Source: Haliotis rufescens (taxonomy: Eukaryota). Taken from it: a DNA stretch of 64,000 nt. The notes beneath the pieces are model-generated. The model ran no database searches. It saw only the letters and a list, made by a program, of their open reading frames with translations, and was not told the DNA's origin. Numbering within the stretch: position 1 is the first letter of the stretch; each line of letters starts with the position of its first letter. The stretch covers positions 5,456,001 to 5,520,000 of the forward strand of contig NW_025963813.1 of NCBI RefSeq assembly GCF_023055435.1, read 5' to 3'. A program made the position numbers and the translations under genes. Positions 55,334 to 64,000 of this stretch are shown here, one piece after another.

Positions 55334-57766
55334 CCTGCCAGTTACGTTTATCCACTTGAGAATAAACGATTTGAATGTCGCTATTGTGATTCACCACACC
55401 TTATATACTTGTGGTTCAGGAAATCAGGATGTTGAATGTAAATGCCCTCATTGGAAGATTTTCGAAAAGAAAATTCCAAGCGACTTTTTACACCCTGAGA
55501 GCGTGAAGAGTGAATCTTTATTATGTAATATCACATGGGACGGTGTCACCTGCCTCTCTATTTTATGCATATCTTCCTGCATAATTATAAAAATCAAGCT
55601 GTGTATTTGTGACCTAACCTGGCACCCAGTGGCTAGCTCACTGCTGGGAAGCATGATAGATTTAACTGTTCATCCAATGCAATTTCAAGCTACAGATGAT
55701 TAGTGAGAAAAAAAATGAATGGAGAGAGAATTTATAAATGAATGACAAATGTTGAACTCCAGTATTTCGTTGAGTGCATGTATTGAGTCTAGTAGGCTGC
55801 CATTACTATGGGTCCAGGAGGTTTATCAACCTATGTCAAATGCGTGTTTTAAAGCAAAATGTTATGGGAAGGTCATTATTCCTTTCTTCATAATGAAACT
55901 TGATGTGAAGAGGGAAATGTTCAAGTTTGAGATATATTTTCAAAGTTTGAATTCCTACTTTTATAATCTCAAAGCCACATTATCTTCTATAATAAAACAA
56001 ACTTCTTCTTTTTCTGTAACTAGCAAATCTTAAATTGCCGTTCAGGTAGCGCAACAATTACCAAAAATATCCAAACTGCTTTAATGAAAACGAACTTCAT
56101 CTTATTTTCAAAAGAACTGATAATATCAATATTTATCATGATATGAACCCGGAAGTAGACACAGCTTTGTCTTGGCTAAACCGTCCTTAGTAGGCGTACG
56201 GATAAAAAACAAACGAGCAGGGTGTAACTGTGAGTTAGTGTTAGTGTGTGTGTCTGCGTTGTGGTCTGGAACTGGGTCTGTGTTTGAGTGTGAAAGTCCG
56301 GGCCACATTTAACTTGGTAACTGGCCCAAACCATATTTTTATAGATTGTCGTAAAATCTCAGCTTTCCACATCACATGTGGACATGATATACTAATCCAT
56401 CAGACGAATACCTGATGTAACCACTATTTCCGCAGGAACATGTATGCGGTGGTGGTGGTACAACTAACGATCTATGACCCATGTATGACCCCCTTCCAGC
56501 CTTACCTGCCCACACCCATCAACAAAACTCCACCACCGGAGTTGAACATTCATCTGGCCTCAAAGCACAATGATTTTCCTTCTTTGCTATCTGCAGTGAC
56601 ATGTCAACCCACATTAATTAATATCGTTCATAGGCTGTTCTTCTGTTGCATGACTAACCTGTCACTTATAACTTACACCGCAAACTACCAGCCTGGGTCC
56701 AGCAGCTCGATTTCCAAGTAACCACTGTCAACAATGGTCAGTGGAAGTATCGAGCCTAAACACACAGATCGACCTTTAAACTGGGGGTCAAATCATGGAA
56801 AGCTGGAGTCAATATCATGTACTCATTTGGGATCAAAGCAAATTATCAAGAAAATACAATGTCGAATCTCATGTCAAGCAAAACACATCTGGCCCAGACT
56901 CAACAAACCATCGAACAGAGCACTACATTCTCCTCTTTACCTTCCGGATCATGGTAAAACTTAAGGGACGTAACTGTGGTCTGGGGCCATCTGAGAGGGA
57001 ATCTGCTTCCTTGAAGATTCATATTGCGCTGGATTCTTGAAAAGAACAAACAAATTTGGACTTGTTTTTTTGTGTGGGCTTTTCTAGAAATCTTGTTGTT
57101 TTATTGGACATCTGCTCTACCTTATAAGGCCTTAATGTTATCATCACCCCATGGGTGCACTTTTTTAGTTTGAACTTTCGCACGGCTGTAATTATAAAGT
57201 AGGTGGGCGTTTAGAGGCCGTAATGACAGTATGATACTAAAAGGGCACTCCGTGCATTTTCGGACAGAAATTGTCCACTTGCTTGGTTCAACATGTTTAT
57301 AGGTTTACTCATCTGCCTTCGAGCTTCAGGACCTTTGTGGACAATGATTCTAATGTGACAATCACTGTGCAGGACATTGAAACGTAAGCAGTGGACCTAC
57401 AATTAACTACTTTTATAACGAACACGCTTATAACGAACTGACGGATATAAAGTATTGCCCTTAGGTCCCGGACTTTTGCTACATATATCCTGTATATGTG
57501 CTTATAATGAACTACGGTTATAACGAACTAAAATATGTGGTCTCTTTGAGTTCGTTATGACCGTGGTTTACTGTGGCTGATACTATCTTGAATTTGGTTG
57601 TACTTGAAGAAAATATAAGCCAAGAGAAAATTACAATATACATGGCAGTTGAATTTGTGCTCGTTGAGGAATATACAGCTTTGGTCGATGCAGCATGGCG
57701 AGTGGAATCGACAAACATGATATCAAATGTCCAGCATTTGATGTGAATATGATGATACTTGAATGT

Positions 57767-58404
57767 TTAACCGTGGTGTCCGCCTCCATGACCACCACCT
57801 CCATGGCCACCTCCGTGACCGCCACCGTGGCCTCCTCCATGACCTCCACCGTGACCTCCTCCATGACCTCCTCCATGGCCGCCACCTCCGTGTCCTCCGC
57901 CATGACCTCCTTTGCCGCCACCGTGGCCGCCACCTCCATGGCCACCTCCTCCGTGTCCTTTGCCACCTCCGTGGCCACCTCCTCCGTGTCCTTTGCCACC
58001 TCCGTGACCACCTCCATGACCACCTCCGTGACCACCACCATGACCTCCTCCATGGCCGCCGCCTCCATGACCACTACCGTGGCCTCCACCTCCATGACCA
58101 CCACCACCATGGCCACCAAGGACGGAGCCAAGGAAGACTGTAAAGAATGTGAAGAAAAAACAATGCATAAGTGGTCATAGATGACAGGATGCATACATAC
58201 AAAATCCGTCTACCAATCCTAATAAATGTTTACATCATGGTAGAAACTATCCTGATCATAACGTTGTCAGAATTATCATAAAGCCATTTAAAACTCAGCA
58301 ATGGCTCATAAAGTTGATTATTAGAAAGCTTGGGAATGCGAGTTCGCATCAGATAAGGCAAACGTACCCAAGACTACAACAACTGCAACATTAAGAAGGC
58401 GCAT
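57767..58404 (-). CDS. Gly/His-rich secreted protein copy 18 (135 aa, G>S; polyA signal mutated); exons 58404-58368, 58137-57767
   Basis: Open frame and intact splice sites; AATAAA changed to AATTCA near 57650. Confidence 0.8.
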
Positions 58405-60855
58405 CCTGCCAGTTACGTTTATCCACTTGAGAATAAACGATTTGAATGTCGCTATTGTGATTCACCACACCTTATATACTTGTGGTTCAGGAAATCAGGA
58501 TGTTGAATGTAAATGCCCTCATTGGAAGATTTTCGAAAAGAAAATTCCAAGCGACTTTTTACACCCTGAGAGCGTGAAGAGTGAATCTTTATTATGTAAT
58601 ATCACATGGGACGGTGTCACCTGCCTCTCTATTTTATGCATATCTTCCTGCATAATTATAAAAATCAAGCTGTGTATTTGTGACCTAACCTGGCACCCAG
58701 TGGCTAGCTCACTGCTGGGAAGCATGATAGATTTAACTGTTCATCCAATGCAATTTCAAGCTACAGATGATTAGTGAGAAAAAAAATGAATGGAGAGGGA
58801 ATTTATAAATGAATGACAAATGTTGAACTCCAGTATTTCGTTGAGTGCATGTATTGAGTCTAGTAGGCTGCCATTACTATGGGTCCAGGAGGTTTATCAA
58901 CCTATGTCAAATGCGTGTTTTAAAGCAAAATGTTATGGGAAGGTCATTATTCCTTTCTTCATAATGAAACTTGATGTGAAGAGGGAAATGTTCAAGTTTG
59001 AGATATATTTTCAAAGTTTGAATTCCTACTTTTATAATCTCAAAGCCACATTATCTTCTATAATAAAACAAACTTCTTCTTTTTCTGTAACTAGCAAATC
59101 TTAAATTGCCGTTCAGGTAGCGCAACAATTACCAAAAATATCCAAACTGCTTTAATGAAAACGAACTTCATCTTATTTTCAAAAGAACTGATAATATCAA
59201 TATTTATCATGATATGAACCCGGAAGTAGACACAGCTTTGTCTTGGCTAAACCGTCCTTAGTAGGCGTATGGATAAAAAACAAACGAGCAGGGTGTAACT
59301 GTGAGTTAGTGTTAGAGTGTGTGTCTGCGTTTTGGTCTGGAACTGGGTCTGTGTTTGAGTGTGAAAGTCCGGGCCACATTTAACTTGGTAACTGGCCCAA
59401 ACCATATTTTTATAGATTGTCGTAAAATCTCAGCTCTCCACATCACATGTGGACATGATATACTAATCCATCAGACGAATACCTGATGTAACCACTATTT
59501 CCGCAGGAACATGTATGCGGTGGTGGTGGTACAACTAACGATCTATGACCCATGTATGACCCCCTTCCAGCCTTACCTGCCCACACCCACCAACAAAACT
59601 CCACCACCGGAGTTGAACATTCATCTGGCCTCAAAGCACAATGATTTTCCTTCTTTGCTATCTGCAGTGACATGTCAACCCACATTAATTAATATCGTTC
59701 ATAGGCTGTTCTTCTGTTGCATGACTAACCTGTCACTTACAACTTACACCGCAAACTACCAGCCTGGGTCCAGCAGCTCGATTTCCAAATAACCACTGTC
59801 AACAATGGTCAGTGGAAGTATCGAGCCTAAACACACAGATCGACCTTTAAACTGGGGGTCAAATCATGGAAAGCTGGAGTCAATATCATGTACTCATTTG
59901 GGATCAAAACAAATTATCAAGAAAATACAATGTCGAATCTCATGTCAAGCAAAACATATCTGGCCCAGACTCAACAAACCATCGAACAGAGCACTACGTT
60001 CTCCTCTTTACCTTCCGGGTCATGGTAAAACTTAAGGGACGTAACTGTGGTCTGAGGCCTTCTGAGAGGGAATCTGCTTCCTTGAAGATTCATATTGCGC
60101 TGGATTCTTGAAAAGAACAAACAAATTTGGACTTGTTTTTTTTGTGTAGGCTTTCTAGAAATCTTGTTGTTTTATTAGACATCTGCTCTACCTTATAAGG
60201 CCTTAATGTTATCGTCACCCCATGGGTGCATTGAGTCACACGTGTCACTTTTTTAGTTTGACCATTCGCACGGCTGTAATTATAAAGTAGGTGGGCGTTT
60301 AGAGGCCGTAATGATAGTATGATACTAAAAGGGGACTCCGTGCATTTTCGGACAGAAATTGTCCACTTGCTTGGTTCAACATGTTTATAGGTTTACTCAT
60401 CTGCCTTCGAGCTTCAGGACCTTTGTGGACAATGATTCTAATGTGACAATCACTGTGCAGGACATTGAAAAGTAAGCAGTGGAACTACAATTAACTACTT
60501 TTATAACAAACACGCTTATAACGAACTGACGGATATAAAGTATTGCCCTTAGGTCCCGGACTTTTGCTACATATATCCTGTATATGTGCTTATAATGAAC
60601 TACGGTTATAACGAACTAAAATATGTGGTCTCTTTGAGTTCGTTATGACCGTGGTTTATTGTGGCTGATACTATCTTGAATTTGGTTGTACTTGAAGGAA
60701 ATATAAGCCAAGAGAAAATTACAATATACATGGCAGTTTTATTTGTGCTCGTTGAGGAATATACAGCTTTGGTCGATGCAGCATGGCGAGTGGAATCGAC
60801 AAAATTTGATATCAAATGTCCAGCATTTGATGTGAATATGATGATACTTGAATGT

Positions 60856-61493
60856 TTAACCGTGGTGTCCGCCTCCATGACCACCACCTCCATGGCCACC
60901 TCCGTGACCGCCACCGTGGCCTCCTCCATGACCTCCACCGTGACCTCCTCCATGACCTCCTCCATGGCCGCCACCTCCGTGTCCTCCGCCATGACCTCCT
61001 TTGCCGCCACCGTGGCCGCCACCTCCATGGCCGCCTCCTCCGTGTCCTTTGCCACCTCCGTGGCCACCTCCTCCGTGTCCTTTGCCACCTCCGTGACCAC
61101 CTCCATGACCACCTCCGTGACCACCACCATGACCTCCTCCATGGCCGCCGCCTCCATGACCACCACCGTGGCCTCCACCTCCATGACCACCACCACCATG
61201 GCCACCAAGGACGGAGCCAAGGAAGACTGTAAAGAATGTGAAGAAAAAACAATGCATAAGTGGTCATAGATGACAGGATGCATACATACAAAATCCGTCT
61301 ACCAATCCTAATAAATGTTTACATCATGGTAGAAACTATCCTGATCATAACGTTGTCAGTATTATCGTAAAGCCATTTAAAACTCAGCAATAGCTCATAA
61401 AGTTGATTATTAGAAAGCTTGGGAATGCGAATTCGCATCAGATAAGGCAAACGTACCCAAGACTACAACAACTGCAACATTAAGAAGGCGCAT
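60856..61493 (-). CDS. Gly/His-rich secreted protein copy 19 (135 aa); exons 61493-61457, 61226-60856
   Basis: Same splice sites and open frame. Confidence 0.9.
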
Positions 61494-63906
61494 CCTGCCA
61501 GTTACGTTTATCCACTTGAGAATAAACGATTTGAATGTCGCTATTGTGATTCACCACACCTTATATACTTGTGGTTCAGGAAATCAGGATGTTGAATGTA
61601 AATGCCCTCATTGGAAGATTTTCGAAAAGAAAATTCCAAGCGACTTTTTACACCCTGAGAGCGTGAAGAGTGAATCTTTATTATGTAATATCACATGGGA
61701 CGGTGTCACCTGCCTCTCTATTTTATGCATATCTTCCTGCATAATTATAAAAATCAAGCTGTGTATTTGTGACCTAACCTGGCACCCAGTGGCTAGCTCA
61801 CTGCTGGGAAGCATGATAGATTTAACTGTTCATCCAATGCAATTTCAAGCTACAGATGATTAGTGAGAAAAAAAATGAATGGAGAGAGAATTTATAAATG
61901 AATGACAAATGTTGAACTCCAGTATTTCGTTGAGTGCATGTATTGAGTCTAGTAGGCTACCATTACTATGGGACCAGGAGGTTTATCAACCTATGTCAAA
62001 TGCGTGTTTTAAAGCAAAATGTTATGGGAAGGTCATTATTCCTTTCTTTAAATGAAACTTGATGTGAAGAGGGAAATGTTCAAGTTTGAATTCCTACTTT
62101 TATAATCTCAAAGCCACATTATCTTCTATAATAAAACAAACTTCTTCTTTTTCTGTAACTAGCAAATCTTAAATTGCCGTTCAGGTAGCGCAACAATTAC
62201 CAAAAATATCCAAACTGCTTTAATGAAAACGAACTTCATCTTATTTTCAAAAGAACTGATAATATCAATATTTATCATGATATGAACCCGGAAGTAGACA
62301 CAGCTTTGTCTTGGCTAAACCGTCCTTAGTAGGCGTACGGATAAAAAACAAACGAGCAGGGTGTAACTGTGAGTTAGTGTTAGTGTGTGTGTCTGCGTTG
62401 TGGTCTGGAACTGGGTCTGTGTTTGAGTGTGAAAGTCCGGGCCACATTTAACTTGGTAACTGGCCCAAACCATATTTTTATAGATTGTCGTAAAATCTCA
62501 GCTTTCCACATCACATGTGGACATGATATACTAATCCATCAGACGAATACCTGATGTAACCACTATTTCCGCAGGAACATGTATGCGGTGGTGGTGGTAC
62601 AACTAACGATCTATGACCCATGTATGACCCCCTTCCAGCCTTACCTGCCCACACCCACCAACAAAACTCCACCACCGGAGTTGAACATTCATCTGGCCTC
62701 AAAGCACAATGATTTTCCTTCTTTGCTATCTGCAGTGACATGTCAACCCACATTAATTAATATCGTTCATAGGCTGTTCTTCTGTTGCATGACTAACCTG
62801 TCACTTATAACTTACACCGCAAACTACCAGCCTGGGTCCAGCAGCTCGATTTCCAAGTAACCACTGTCAACAATGGTCAGTGGAAGTATCGAGCCTAAAC
62901 ACACAGATCGACCTTTAAACTGGGGGTCAAATCATTGAAAGCTGGAGTCAATATCATGTACTCATTTGGGATCAAAGCAAATTATCAAGAAAATACAATG
63001 TCGAATCTCATGTCAAGCAAAACATATCTGGCCCAGACTCAACAAACCATCGAACAGAGCACTACATTCTCCTCTTTACCTTCCGGATCATGGTAAAACT
63101 TAAGGGACGTAACTGTGGTCTGAGGCCATCTGAGAGGGAATCTGCTTCCTTGAAGATTCATATTGCGCTGGATTCTTGAAAAGAACAAACAAATTTGGAC
63201 TTGTTTTTTTGTGTGGGCTTTTCTAGAAATCTTGTTGTTTTATTGGACATCTGCTCTACCTTATAAGGCCTTAATGTTATCATCACCCCATGGGTGCACT
63301 TTTTTAGTTTGAACTTTCGCACGGCTGTAATTATAAAGTAGGTGGGCGTTTAGAGGCCGTAATGACAGTATGATACTAAAAGGGCACTCCGTGCATTTTC
63401 GGACAGAAATTGTCCACTTGCTTGGTTCAACATGTTTATAGGTTTACTCATCTGCCTTCGAGCTTCCGGACCTTTGTGGACAATGATTCTAATGTGACAA
63501 TCACTGTGCAGGACATTGAAACGTAAGCAGTGGAACTACAATTAACTACTTTTATAACAAACACGCTTATAACGAACTGACGGATATAAAGTATTGCCCT
63601 TAGGTCCCGGACTTTTGCTACATATATCCTGTATATGTGCTTATAATGAACTACGGTTATAACGAACTAAAATATGTGGTCTCTTTGAGTTCGTTATGAC
63701 CGTGGTTTACTGTGGCTGATACTATCTTGAATTTGGTTGTACTTGAAGGAAATATAAGCCAAGAGAAAATTACAATATACATGGCAGTTTTATTTGTGCT
63801 CGTTGAGGAATATACAGCTTTGGTCGATGCAGCATGGCGAGTGGAATCGACAAACATGATATCAAATGTCCAGCATTTGATGTGAATATGATGATACTTG
63901 AATGTT

Positions 63907-64000
63907 TTAACCGTGGTGTCCGCCTCCATGACCACCACCTCCATGGCCACCTCCGTGACCGCCACCGTGGCCTCCTCCATGACCTCCACCGTGACCTCCT
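63907..64000 (-). CDS. Gly/His-rich secreted protein copy 20, C-terminal part only (cut by the window edge)
   Basis: Matches the ...GGGHGGGGHGGGHHG-stop end of the other copies. Confidence 0.85.
   Translation of the reverse strand, partial: GGHGGGHGGGHGGGHGGGHGGGGHGGGHHG

Larger units (their letters stand above)
3852..64000 (-). repeat. Tandem gene array, unit ~3088 bp, at least 19.5 units, continuing beyond the window
   Basis: The same ORF set recurs at 3088-bp spacing (e.g. 8250, 11338, 14426, 17514), with spacing from about 3050 to 3120 where indels occur. Confidence 0.99.

Noticed and set aside
3852-64000. CRISPR array, rDNA, or tandem autonomous transposon/virus
   Set aside because: No short repeat-unique spacer pattern, no rRNA-like sequence, and no transposase, reverse transcriptase or integrase-sized ORF in the unit.

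Overview
Eukaryotic, probably invertebrate DNA. A SINE and a MITE resemble lophotrochozoan/molluscan elements from memory only, so the taxon is an inference. About 94% of the window (3852-64000, running off the right edge) is a head-to-tail array of a ~3088-bp unit with very few differences between copies. Each unit carries a complete minus-strand, two-exon gene that the ORF track only partly shows: TATA box, initiator-like site, a 37-nt coding exon, a 230-nt GT-AG intron, a Gly/His-repeat exon and AATAAA. The spliced product is MRLLNVAVVVVLVFLGSVLG (signal peptide) plus a 115-aa mature chain of only Gly (86), His (26) and Lys (3), ending HHG-stop. There are 19 complete open copies and part of a 20th. 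Shared variants record duplications of one, two and three units. Left of a 130-N gap is a convergent plus-strand spliced gene for a ~112-aa secreted, prohormone-like protein with KR and RNRR sites. Its introns hold a CA-rich repeat and a tRNA-derived SINE.
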